In this document: positions 26,500 through 39,570 of the stretch, one piece after another
How the letters are laid out: every line of letters begins with the position of its first letter
Numbering within the stretch: the stretch's first letter is position 1
From: Octopus vulgaris
Lineage: Eukaryota
Length of the DNA: 64,000 bases
Assembly (NCBI GenBank): GCA_951406725.2
Contig: OX597814.1
Location: 55,056,001 to 55,120,000, forward strand
Direction: 5' to 3'
Translations under genes and position numbers: made by a program
Notes under the pieces: generated by a model
What the model was told of the DNA's origin: nothing
Database searches by the model: none
The model's input: only the letters and a program-made list of their open reading frames with translations

Positions 26500-27320
26500 T
26501 CTACATGTATATATACATGAATATATAAATATATATACGTGTGTACAGGATACCACAAATAGACGTAGAACTCAACGAGAAACGAAAAAGTAAAAACAGC
26601 ATGGAACGGACCATTTTTTTAACAACGAAAAAACAGAGTACAAGACAACTACACAAGGAAAAATCCCCTTCATCAGCTGTCCCTAGTTCAACTCCAGCGT
26701 GTTTCGAAGGTGAGGACAGAACACGTCTCATCGAACTAATCCTTCCTGCGAAAGAATTAAATAAAATTCCTTTGCAGAGGGGTAAAAACAAGGAAAAAAA
26801 TGTGACAAAAACAGAACGTAAAAACAATACAATTAAAAACAAATACAAAATAAAAATACAATTACAAAAAATACAGTACAAGAAGGAATAGAAACAGGAC
26901 AGGAAAACAAATAATGAGGGCCTATAAGCCTAGACGAGGAAATATATATATATACATATATATACACACACACACACACACATACACACACACAGACCTG
27001 TGCGCACGCACATACCCACACATACACACATACACGCACATACCTCCTTCTCTTGCACTCTCCTGTCTTTGAAAGAACTTTTTCTTCACCCATTCCCTTC
27101 TGGTCATTTCAATATGTGACCGCCGGTGTATCGTTGGCGATCTTTCTCCATCTTCCCTTCCTTGGACCTTTCCTTTTTCTATGTTTCTAACGAAGAGTTC
27201 CGCTCGAAATGTTAAATCCTCCGTCTTTCTTTCCTTTCCTGAGCGTCCAATAACACTATACTTGTTCCACGTTCTTGCGTTGTTGTGCTTTCTCTTTGTT
27301 CATGTTTGGATTAACTATAT
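26500..27320. mobile_element. Penelope-like non-autonomous repeat(s) with degenerate hammerhead motifs
   Basis: 26560-26760 (-) matches 62650-62870 (+); CTGATGA core at 26670-26676 (-); minimal hammerhead-like string at 27183-27218. Confidence 0.5.
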
Positions 27321-30034
27321 ATATATAAAGACAAAGAGAGGGAGAAAGAGCAGTTAAAGCCAACCACATGATGTTGAATGGCCGTTGTTTTTAAAATGAA
27401 AATAAAAGAAAAGCAATTTGGCTTTTCTCCTTGGTACGAAAATGATGTAAGATGGGTGAGATAAATGAAGTCTATTTTATTAGTTACTGGGGTCAATACA
27501 AAATTAGTTTTCCGTTTAATGTACAAACTAAAATCAATTTTAAAAAGTTAATTTAATTTAGAAGCACATTTTACGATCTTCAGTTGTATATACCATACTT
27601 CAAGAAAAATATAAATAACTATAAAATCTATTTACCTTCATTTATCCACATCAATTCGTAACCCAAGGTATTTAATATATTGAAAAAGGGAAATGCGCAA
27701 GGACATTTCTTGATGTACCAGATTCCAGTAGGCGGAGCGGCTGATAATCGGAGCCGTGAAGTATTTTGATCTGACCTAATAGTTGCTCTATTGTATTTGA
27801 ATTCATTTATCTGTCTAGTCTTTGCATTTATTTTGGCCAATCATTTTAATATGTCTCTCTATATAAATAGTATATTGTCATTGTTTCACTTCTTGGTCAT
27901 ACATATGGGAATATATATGCAACTATATTTGTACACCGCACGTTTAATAAACTCCTTTGTAACAAGTTTTGTACGCATGAGTAGTCCCTGATCGCACATA
28001 AATGAAGCAATTATTATTACGAGATACAGTAAACAGACAAGCACCATAGGGAGTAGTTAAGAATATTAATAGAAATGGTTCAGCTTCATGAGATGATTTT
28101 CAAAAAGTATTCGGTGAACGGCTGTAAAGAATGGTTATCTCTTCTCTCTTCTAACGAATCTAACATATTTTCATTGAATCAGAACCAGTTTCACTCTGTT
28201 CTCTCTCAGCCTACTCTGCAGTAACTGTTGTCCAATATCTTTGTAAATAAACTCAGCTAATATTCATTAACTATATAAAACATTAGTATTGAACTTCCTT
28301 TCTGATAATCTTTCAGAATTCTAAATAACAGCATTTCTCAATTATTGGCCAATAGTTAAGCTGACCGCTTAAGAAGCACTTATCGAAGTTTCGATCTTAT
28401 TTCGATTATCGATTGAACCCAGTTCACTTCTCGTACTATGCTAATGCTTTTGCAGGGAAAGCTTTCAACGTTATAATTCCATTTCGCTTAAAAATTGTAA
28501 CCGTTGCCCAGCCCAAATCAAAGTGGGTGGGGTAAATATCCTTACATACCTCTACAGAAAATCGAACCTTGTACCTCTCAAATTTCAGGTTAGCGATCTG
28601 CACCATTAAATTTAGAGGTCTTTGACTATAAGTATCATCTTTTTTTATAATGCTAAATGATATTTGGAATGTGAGAACATTTTGTAAACAAACGTGAGTC
28701 GGTAATCTACAGAAAATAAAGTATTTCTCGAACGCAGATGGGTGTGAAGACAGCTTAGAAAACTGGTCAAATACCCTCTAGAAGACGGGAGTATATATAT
28801 ATCATTCCTCCTTATTAAACCTACTTTAATGGAAAATGGTAAAGCAACGAGGCTTCCGGTACTTTTCTATAAAAGAAAATATCTGAAATGCAATTGCGAC
28901 AAAATTAAAGAAGGGAATCTTTTTGAGATTTTTAAATACTGTATGTTCTAAATTATATTCAAGTTGATACTAGAAAAACACTGGAATTAAAAGCTTGAAG
29001 GATTTTTAATGCTTATACGAAAATATAACGGGGAATAATCAAGACATTAGCGCAATACGAGGAATTTGTATTGAAAGGATTCTGACTATTGTTGGATGGT
29101 CTAATATCATGACTGAAACCAAATTTATAAGAGAAAATCTTATTCACAGCGATTTTAGGTGCTTATATATATACACACACACTTCGTTTTTGTATCTGGT
29201 TTACAAGATTCTTTATGTGAATTCGTGTGTTGAAAAAAGTTTGTTGTGTGTGGGGAGTGTCATACTGCCTTGATATCTAACACACTCACTGGTTCAATTT
29301 CTACTCATTTATTTATTTATTTATTATATTTGTCTTCCCAAATTTTTCGTTGCTTTTGCAACCTTGTCAATGGAAAATTTTTGAAAGACGCAAAAAAAAA
29401 TAAATAAATGACTAGAATTGAACCGGTGTGTTTAGATATTAAGGCAGTATGACTCTCCCCAGACACAACACAATACAGGTGTGTGTGAGTGTGTGTGTGT
29501 TCATATACATACACGTGCGCACACAGAGTGAGGGAGAGAAAGAGAGAGAGGAGAGAGAGAAAGAGAGCATCTGTGTATCATGCTTAATGCAGATATGCAA
29601 ATACATCACGAAAGGAAAATTAACTGTGGTCCGGAGATAAAATCACAAAACTATCGGTAGCAAACGATAGCTGACTCAATAGTGCTCCGATAAAATGCTT
29701 TGTGTTATTTAGATTCATACCTTAATGTTCTGAGGTTATATATCTTCAATGGCTTCTGGCGAGGGTCGATAAAATCTCATTCAGTCAAATATTGGGATCA
29801 GTATAGTCTTGTATTGGAGTAGGACAATATCCCTATGTTAAAAGCCTTAGCTGCCATAAGGATCGTAACTGGCAGAATTAATAAAGCTCCTAATAAAATG
29901 CTTTGAGGTATTTAATACTACCGGTTGGACTTTGCTTTCATCCTTCGGAATCTATAAAATAATTTACTCATTAATATGCAAGAGTCAATTTAATCGACTA
30001 TGACCTTCCTGGTCATATATATAATATACATATA

Positions 30035-30202
30035 TACGACGGTCTTCTTTCAGTTTCCGTTTACCAAATCCACTCACAAGGCTTTGGTCGGCCCGAGGCT
30101 ATAGTAGAAGACACTTTCCCAAGGCGGCACGCAATGGGACTGAGCCCGGAACCATGTGGTTCGCAAGCAAGCTACCTACCACACAGCCACTCCTACGCCT
30201 AT
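30035..30202 (-). mobile_element. SINE family A (empty target site)
   Basis: Reverse strand GGCGTAGGAGTGGCTGTGTGGTAGGTAGCTTGCTTGCGAACCACATGG. Confidence 0.9.
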
Positions 30203-31132
30203 ATGATGAGAAAAATAATATTAGTCAATGATTGATATTATTTTACGTTTTCTGGTAACTATGGAAAACAAAATTGAACGTGCTTTAGTATGATTCCGAT
30301 ATCCTCAGCCAAGTGTAAGACCTTGTCGATGCGTAGGTTATTTGCCGGAGTAGTACTAAGGGAATTACTATAAAATTATACAGTAATTCACATAGAAAAA
30401 GAAAAGCAGGAATGGCTGTGTGGTAAGTAGCTTGCTAACCAGACATGCGCAGTTAGTCGGTTGCTTCTTGTTGAGCTAGAGCGGACGTGAGTAACAAGCT
30501 CTGTCCAACTAAAGAAAAAAGACCAAAAACGGAAAGTTGTCGAGGTAAGTGATTTTGTTTATTGTGAGTTGGGCATAATTTATTGCGTGCCAATTATTAT
30601 TTCAGTAGGTTGTGTCCAACTCTGAGACAATTTCGCCTGCGCTAGGCGGCTGCCGTTTTTGTGTTCATTAAAAAAAAAAAAAAGAAAAAACAGTGGAGGG
30701 GCGTATACTCAGGATTCAATACAGTTACTGTTAAAATTACCGTTGGCAGTAACCAGTGCTGTGTTTGAGTTTGCTGAATTTATTCCCTTGTCAGAGTACT
30801 TCGCAAGAAAAGTATAAAAATAAGCCACTATTGGATTACCTTTCGGACCCATTTTTGTGGAGGTTGTGTTGCAGTTGCGGCGTTCCAGGTTCAACCCAGG
30901 CCGGGAGTACCGCAGAATATTTTTGCTGTGTTTTTTCTGTTTATTAACTTTCTTTTGAACTTCATTTACCCCCCCCCCTTTGTTTTTTCTTTATTGCGAC
31001 TTTCCGTTAATTTCTTCCCTTCTGTTGTGCTTTCTCCTTTTTGTTTTTTCAAAAATCTATCAAATTTATTTAGACTTTTGAACTTTTTTCTTCCTGCTTT
31101 TGAGTCTAATTTGAATATATTTTTTAAAAAAC

Positions 31133-32377
31133 ATGGCAATGAAAAATAACAAAGTTTTGGAGTGGGAAATCATACCACCCAAAAAGTGGTTGAAGGACCG
31201 TGAAGATAGGACGGTGGTGTTGAGAACCTACTCCAAGGCACTTGACACCATCGCCCTATTCGAAAAGACGGCAATTGAGGAGGAGTTGGAGGAGTATTTG
31301 CCAACAATTAAATTCATTTCCAGGGGTGTCAAATATGGAACGGTGTGGTTGCTGTTTGACACCCCTGAAGAGGCTTGCAAATTTGCTAGCGAACCCTTGG
31401 AGGGTAAGGAAATCTTATTCCTGCCCACTTACAAAAAAAAGAAATTAATGAAAGCTTGGATCTGCGGACTGCCACCCGACATAGAACCCGAGTGGATAGA
31501 GGAGACTATCCGCCGGGGTCTGGGTGACAGCGAAACTAAGCTCCTCAATGTAAAAGTTCTTCCTGCGGCTGCTTGGGTTGGCTCGAAAGCAGTTTTGACC
31601 CTGTGGACCCAATCAGCCAATCTGGTTTTTCCAGATTTTTTGAAAATGGCCGGGTGCAGGTACCCGGTGATGCTTGAGGGTCGCCCCCCTAAGTGTCATC
31701 GGTGCTTGGAGTCCGGCCACATAAAGAAGAACTGTCCTCGGGAACAAAATAGGATCCCGGAACAGTTAAGTAAAACCCCTCTAGAAGAGGGAACGATAAC
31801 GGCCGAGAAAGCAGAGGACTCCTCAAGCAGAGGCCGAAAGAGGAAGGTGAGCAACAATGGGTGCCCACCAAAGGATAATAGGGATGAGGAGAGGAGGGCG
31901 AATCTTCCAGCCACGGAGGAGACGCACCCTCCCTCAGTTGAAAAGGGAAAAAAAAAGAAAAAGAGGAAGAAAAACGGGACGTTGCCGGCTGTCAGTGTGG
32001 CACCGGAATGTCGCGGAACTACGTCGGTTGGGGTTGTGCCACCGACAAGAGAAGGAATACCGTTGGCGGAAACTGTGCCGCCAACGAAAGAACTGAATGT
32101 ATTGGTCCTCTTCTATAGAGGAGGAGAAATTGAAAAAGTGATGGAAGAGCACTACAAAGGAGCACCTTTAGCCTTCACACAGGACCCCGAATGGCCTCCG
32201 CAGGTAGCTGTGGAGGCCGTGGCGTTCGACGTGACGCTAGGGCTAAAGGAGCTCAATGAAGACTATAACTTGGTCCCGGGCGACGCGAACTCGGAACTTG
32301 ACTACGTTCTGAGGGAGGCGTGGTTGATGGTGGAGGGCGCGGGCACAAGCTATTTCGAGGACGATATGTATTATTAG
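31133..32377 (+). CDS. L1/Tx1-type ORF1 (Gag-like) nucleic-acid-binding protein with one CCHC zinc knuckle, 414 aa
   Basis: CHRCLESGHIKKNC (CX2CX4HX4C), basic tracts and RRM-like N-terminal half. Motifs YGT, LPTY, PPDI..W and EGRPP are shared with the ORF upstream of Tx1-like ORF2 at 47.5-48.1 kb and with the copies at 46 and 57 kb. Confidence 0.85.
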   Translation: MAMKNNKVLEWEIIPPKKWLKDREDRTVVLRTYSKALDTIALFEKTAIEEELEEYLPTIKFISRGVKYGTVWLLFDTPEEACKFASEPLEGKEILFLPTYKKKKLMKAWICGLPPDIEPEWIEETIRRGLGDSETKLLNVKVLPAAAWVGSKAVLTLWTQSANLVFPDFLKMAGCRYPVMLEGRPPKCHRCLESGHIKKNCPREQNRIPEQLSKTPLEEGTITAEKAEDSSSRGRKRKVSNNGCPPKDNRDEERRANLPATEETHPPSVEKGKKKKKRKKNGTLPAVSVAPECRGTTSVGVVPPTREGIPLAETVPPTKELNVLVLFYRGGEIEKVMEEHYKGAPLAFTQDPEWPPQVAVEAVAFDVTLGLKELNEDYNLVPGDANSELDYVLREAWLMVEGAGTSYFEDDMYY

Positions 32378-32503
32378 TAATGGACTTAAGTCCAAAAATT
32401 GAAAAATTGTAAGAGGATTAATACCTCGTTTTGTATTAATAATGGACTGCTAAGCCCAAAATTGGAAAAATTGTAAGAGGTTTAATACCTCGTTTTGTGT
32501 TAA
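32378..32503 (+). repeat. Two-copy ~62-bp tandem duplication in the element's 3' UTR
   Basis: TAATGGACT...AAAATTG.AAAATTGTAAGAGG.TTAATACCTCGTTTTGT.TTAA occurs twice. Confidence 0.9.
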
Positions 32504-33316
32504 TCTTTTTTAAAAAGAACAATGTTTTAGAGAAGCAAAAGTCGGCGGGCGCTTTCTGTCTTCTCCCATCCTTATAACCTTTCTTTCATTATCATTCACC
32601 TCATTAATGTCCTCGTCCAGCCCGCAAAGCTAACTTAATCTGTGTACTGCCTTTATGGCAAATGTTTTGAAATAAAGTAGCTTGCTTATCAACCACATGG
32701 TTCCGGGTTCAGTCCCACTATGTGGCACCTTGAGCAAGTGTCTTCTACTAAACTCTCGGGTCGACCAAAGCCTTGTGAGTGGATTTAGTAGACGGAAGCT
32801 GAAAGAATCCCGTAGCATATATATATATATATAAATATATGTATGTATGTATGTATGTATGTATCTATGTATAAATGTATATATGTATATGTTTGTGCAT
32901 CTGTGTTTGTCACCACATCATCGATTGACAACCGATGTTGGTGTACTTACGTCTCCATAACTTAGCGGTTCGGCAAAAGAGACGGATAGAATAAGTACTA
33001 GGCTTACAAAGAATAAATCCTAGGGTCGATTTGTTCGACTAAAGGCGATGTTTCTGCATGGCCGCAGTCAAATGACTGGAAAAGTAAAAGAAGAGTATAT
33101 ATATATTTATACAAACATTTTTGTGAATAGCGTTGTTGGTTGAAGGATTCCATCGACCAATTATTCATTGCTCCAATTTATTTCTGATGCCAAGAGTGAC
33201 AAAGGATTGTTTGGGAGACTGAATGGAATAAATCTCACAATCCATTCTTGTTCAGCAAACATCTGCATGTGTGTGTGTGTGCGCGCATATATATATATGT
33301 GTGTGTGTGTGTGCGC

Positions 33317-33352
<36 letters not shown>

Positions 33353-33353
33353 A

Positions 33354-33386
<33 letters not shown>

Positions 33387-33472
33387 ATAGCAATATTTAA
33401 TCCCTGACCAAGAAGTGAACAGTAGCATCGTTCTCTATGGGACTGTCACATATAATTAGTAAATATAGTGCA

Positions 33473-34877
<1,405 letters not shown>

Positions 34878-35340
34878 CATGTGTGTGTGTGCATTGTTGT
34901 TATGATATTATTCTCATCAAAACATTTTGAAGTGAACGGAGTAATTATATCTCACGCGTCGGCTTTTAAATGTCTTGAAATTTCAGATGCAAATTTGTTG
35001 CCATACCACATTCTTTTCTTTGACTATGATTCACTTCCTCAGTTATTTTGTGCAATTTATTAACTTCTTTTCAAAGTTTTCTGTTAGTACTTTGAAAAAG
35101 AGTTGATAAGGTAAGATATCCTCTAATTTATTATGTGTATTCTAGATATTTTCCCACGCAGCAGTAGACAGATGCGGGCGGGACTGTAACATAGTAAAAC
35201 TTAACTCGGAAGGTGGTATTTCTTTGTTTGGTTTGTATATGCCTGTGTATGAATAATAGAGGTGTATTACCTTGATTTACAATATAAAAGTTAGTTGATA
35301 GTCTGAGGTTGACTAAGTTTTATTGAAATACAAAACAGAA

Positions 35341-36334
35341 TTAATGATATATTGATTGAACACCCCATAAATAAATAGCTGTATTAATTTAGTGCTATTT
35401 AAAGGGAGTGTTGGTATTTATGAAGCAGCTATTCTGGAAGCACTTATATTGTGCTTGGAAAAAAACTGCGAGTCAATTTTTTCTTGCTGGCCTCCTAACA
35501 CATTTCCGTTCGTAGCTATGGCGGTCGTCATCATTTTTATCATTTAGAGATCTACTTGATAGCATTTTTCAATGTAAAAAGTCAAGCAACCCTCAAAAAA
35601 GTGAAGACCACGTGTTTATGCCCAAATTTTAGTATCAGAATACTACCACGATTAATATGTTATATTGTGCGACACAATTCGATCGGTGATATTAAATCCA
35701 GACCAAAGGCGGTCAACTAGCAGAATCATTTGCACGCCGGTCAAAATACTTAGAGACATCTCGTCCATTTTCACGTACTGAGTTCACATTCCACCAAAGT
35801 CGACTTTGCTTTTCATCCTTTAGGGGATCGATAAAATACGTACCAGTTAAACACTGGAGTCAGTGTAATCGACTTATCCTCTCCCCCGACCATATGCCAA
35901 AATTTAAAACCAGCATTAAATCCAAACCAAGATGCTGAATATAAATTTTACCAGCTCACCGCCTTTAATATCATCGTTCGAATCGTATCACACCTTAAAA
36001 TATAGCATATTAATCGTGGTGGTATTCTGATATTAAAATTTGAGCGTAAACACGTGATCTCCGTTTTTGAGGGTTGTTTGACTTTTTACATTGAAAATAT
36101 GCTACCAAGTAGAAGATCTCCAAATGACTCGTCTTGAAAATAATGAAGACCATCATAGCTACGAATAGAAATGAGTTAGGAGTTCAGAAAGCAAAATTTG
36201 ATTTGCATTTTCTTTCCAAGCACAATATAATGTTTCAAGAACAGCTGCTTCATAAATATCAAAAACTTCTTTTGAATAAAATTAAATTAATACGGCTATT
36301 TATTTATGAGGTGTTCAGTCAGTATATCATTGAT
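35341..36334. repeat. Long imperfect inverted repeat (arms ~35341-35697 and ~35964-36334)
   Basis: For example CATAAATAAATAGC / GCTATTTATTTATG, CAATGTAAAAAGTCAA / TTGACTTTTTACATTG and ACCACGATTAATATG / CATATTAATCGTGGT. Confidence 0.9.
35707..35914 (+). mobile_element. SINE family B with 16-bp TSD
   Basis: TSD ATTAAATCCAGACCAA (35691) / ATTAAATCCAAACCAA (35915). Confidence 0.85.
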
Positions 36335-38102
36335 ATTTGGAGAACTAAACCTTTTAGATTGACTATACGCTACCTTCTTGCTATTTGTCAATATAGATAG
36401 AGGTCACATATATTACCAATAAAATATGGTCGCAACATAATCAAATATCATGCCATGCTGCGTGAGTGATCGTTCACAGAGTTTCCAACGTCTTTCATCG
36501 GTATACTCGGTTCACCTATTCCTACCTACACCCTCCAGTGGTCTAACATCTTTTCCCCCCTCGAGCTTCAGTTTAACGCTAACTTTATGCTTCTAATTAC
36601 TCTGTATGATGAGGTCTTCAAATTGATGCCATTCAATCATCGTTGTTGCTTAACTCCAGAATAACTCTGATCAAGTAGACGTATCATCAAAGACGTTTCA
36701 ACTGTGACCATCCAGCCATTTTCCCCATATTGTATTTATACCTATATTATCCACCAGTGTGTTGGTCCGGAAATTTAGCTGCAATTTCTAGCAAGTTGGA
36801 TATCGTTGTAGAAGCTCCTTCCTTGGCATTCTGTTATATATGAGGATAATCAGTAAAGTATAATTACATGATAACAGACATAGTTGTCTAAATATATCTA
36901 CGTTCGTTCCACATTAAGAAGCGGTAGTAATCTTACGAATAACTTTACATGCAAGAACAACTACCCAAACAACTACCCAAAACATATAAAGTTTGCCTCA
37001 AACATCACCCATTGCAACACTCGCAAGATGTTCATCAAAAAAGAAAAATTTACCTTTGTGTATTACATGACCAGCAAGTTTCTCGAATCGTAATATAGTC
37101 TCTAGTCTCTTGATAGTAGAATTTCTAAATTTTGGAATCCTCTTACCCGTCACCCCTGAGGTGGACGTTTATGAAGTACCCGTGATGATAAAGTCATCAC
37201 AATTGCTTCCAGATTTGCTTTCAACTACACACAGCATACAACAATAAATTAGTTACCACGTGTACAGCTATTTTAGATGTCTTGAAGCATTTGCAATGAC
37301 ACATTAACTGCAGCAGTATAACACCTGTTTGCAACTGACATCTAAGATCGTTATCAGGAATTTAGGTGTAAACGCCCTACGCATTCAATAATAGTTTGTT
37401 GACTGAGGGATTTTTGTGAACCCTGCAGACTATGAATGAAATCATTTCCGAATATAATCAGTCTGACCCATTCTGGTTAAACTCTGGATCTGTAGACATC
37501 TTTCTATGAGAAGTAAATTAAATTCGTCAATCCCCCATATTTTTCCTCAAAATTAAATATTTACATAGAGATTGTAATTTTATATCATGAAAAACTGTTA
37601 TCTATTTTTTGGACTTCGTTGTCATTATTATATTTTTTAAATAAATATATTTGTGTACCATAAACACCCGGTAATGATTCTTCTTGATCAAATATAAAAT
37701 AAGTAATTTTTGTAAAATTTGCTACTTAATACTTCATATATTAGAATATGTTATTTACAATTTCTAACATTAACACAAAGCTATTTTAGACGAGTATACA
37801 GTCTGCTAAATCAGCCTGCTATTTCTTTGAGCATGCAATGACCTAAATTAAAATCAACTCGGGTGGTACTTGAATTCAGTATGCAAAGCACTTTAATTAA
37901 AAACCGTAAGACAATATGTCCGACGCTTTATTAAATGTAGCTTTCACTACCACTGTTTGGTATCTGACATTCCTACAAAGACATAAATTTACAATGAAGG
38001 GGTATAAACTATTTAATCGACCTCGATACTTGACTGGTGTTTATTTTATTGCTATCATATTATATCACATCACATCACATTGTGTGTGTGTGTACACGTA
38101 CG

Positions 38103-38132
<30 letters not shown>

Positions 38133-38134
<2 letters not shown>

Positions 38135-38520
38135 GGCGCAGGCGTGGCTGTATGGTAAGAAGCTTGCTTCCCAACTACATGGCTCCGGTTTCAGTCCCAC
38201 TGCATGGCACCTTGAGCAAATGCCTGCTACTATAGCCCCGGGCTAACCAAAGTCTTGTGAGTGGCTTTGGCAGATAGAAACTGAAAAAAAGCCCGTCGTA
38301 TATGTGTATATAAGTACATCTATGTCTGTGTTTATTCCCCATCACCGCTTGGCAACAAGTGTTTGTGTGTTTACGTCCCTGTAACTTAGCGGTTCGGCAA
38401 AAGAGACCGACAGAATAAGTACTAGGCTTAAAAAATAAGTTCTGGGGTCGATTTGTCCGACTAAAACCCTTCAAGCTGGTGCTCCAGCATGGCCGCAGTC
38501 AAACGACTGAAACAAATAAA
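38133..38520 (+). mobile_element. SINE family A, full length, empty target site
   Basis: GGCGCAGGCGTGGCTGTATGGTAAGAAGCTTGCTTCCCAACTACATGG; A-box and B-box-like motifs; complete tail. Confidence 0.92.
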
Positions 38521-38827
38521 AATAAAAGAAAGAAAAACATATAGTATATAGATAGATAGATAGATAGATAGATATACGGGATTATCGTAGAATTATTATT
38601 TAGTAAACACAGACAGACAGACAGATATTAAATTGATAAATAGATATACATAGATATTGCATTATCGTAGTGTTGCTATTCAGTAAACTCTCTTTAACTA
38701 GCTTCGTTTTCTTTTGGTAGCAATATTTTCAAACTACATATACGTACTATTCGCTGATTCCCTATTCTCTCATATCCTTGACATACCGTAGATAAACAAC
38801 GAAAGACCGTGTTCCATTATGATTATT

Positions 38828-39540
38828 GGCCGCGAGCTGGGAGAATTGTTAAGGAGGCCGGACAAATGTTTCGCAGCATTCGTCCATCTTTACGTTATTT
38901 TTTCAAATTCGGCCAGGGTCAACTTTACTCTTTATCCTTGAGGGCCGATTAAATGAGCACCAGTTGAGCACTGGAGTCAATGTAATCGACTTACCCCTTA
39001 CCGCGAAACTGCTGGCCTTGAGTCTTTACGTATTGGGTTCAAACCTCACCCAGGTTGTCTTCGTCTTTCATAATTTTGGGCTCAATAAAATAATGGTGGT
39101 CCGAAAGTCTTGTCACCCCTACCGAAAAGTAATAAGAACATTAGAGGAACAATATGATAATATGAAACACATATACTGGTTTTAGTATATTCATTTTTAT
39201 TGACACTCACAGTCACACATCGAAAAGATCTGCATGACACCAACAGCTTCGTAAAGTATAATACAGGACATGGCGCCTCATGATTTTGCGGCATGAAAAT
39301 GATGGTGTTCATACAGACCTTCTCGATATGTGATAGTGTCAGTGTCAATGAAAGTGAATATACTAAAACCTGTACATATGTTTGATATTACTATATTGTC
39401 CCTCTATTGTTCTTAGTACTTTCGGTAGTGGGTAACAAGACTTTTGGACCACCCTATACAAGATATGTACTGGGGTCGGTGTAATAGACTTATCCTCTCC
39501 CTCTAAATTTCAGGCCTTGTGCCTATTGTAGATAGGATTA
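38828..39540 (+). mobile_element. SINE family B copies, the second split by a MITE
   Basis: Family-B body at 38828-39020 and at 39020-39091 plus 39458-39540. Confidence 0.7.
39092..39457. mobile_element. Tc1/mariner-type fold-back MITE
   Basis: ~160-bp arms starting GGTGGTCCGAAAGTCTTGT and ending ACAAGACTTTTGGACCACCC; TA flanks. Confidence 0.85.
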
Positions 39541-39570
39541 TTATTATCATTATTAATTATTATTATTATT

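Larger units (their letters stand above)
30441..32676 (+). mobile_element. ORF1-only (HAL1-like) non-autonomous L1/Tx1-derived retroelement
   Basis: TSD AAGTAGCTTGCTAACCA (30425-30441) / AAGTAGCTTGCTTATCA (32675-32691); one ORF; AATAAA end; no LTRs and no RT. Confidence 0.8.
30406..33090 (+). mobile_element. SINE family A split by a 2.2-kb insertion in its tRNA-like head
   Basis: Head 30406-30441; the SINE resumes at 32675 (AAGTAGCTTGCTTATCAACCACATGG) and runs to its tail near 33090. Confidence 0.92.

Noticed and set aside
31133-32377. Reading the CCHC ORF as LTR-retrotransposon gag or a host zinc-knuckle gene
   Set aside because: There are no LTRs, PBS or pol. It has a long TSD and an AATAAA end, and a homologue lies upstream of L1/Tx1 ORF2 at 47-49 kb.
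32378-32503. CRISPR-like or other prokaryotic repeat array
   Set aside because: Only two adjacent units with no spacers, in eukaryotic context; no prokaryotic system was seen anywhere in the window.
38133-38210. tRNA gene
   Set aside because: A and B boxes are present but the cloverleaf is poor and the sequence continues into a multi-copy SINE body; the same applies to the other heads.
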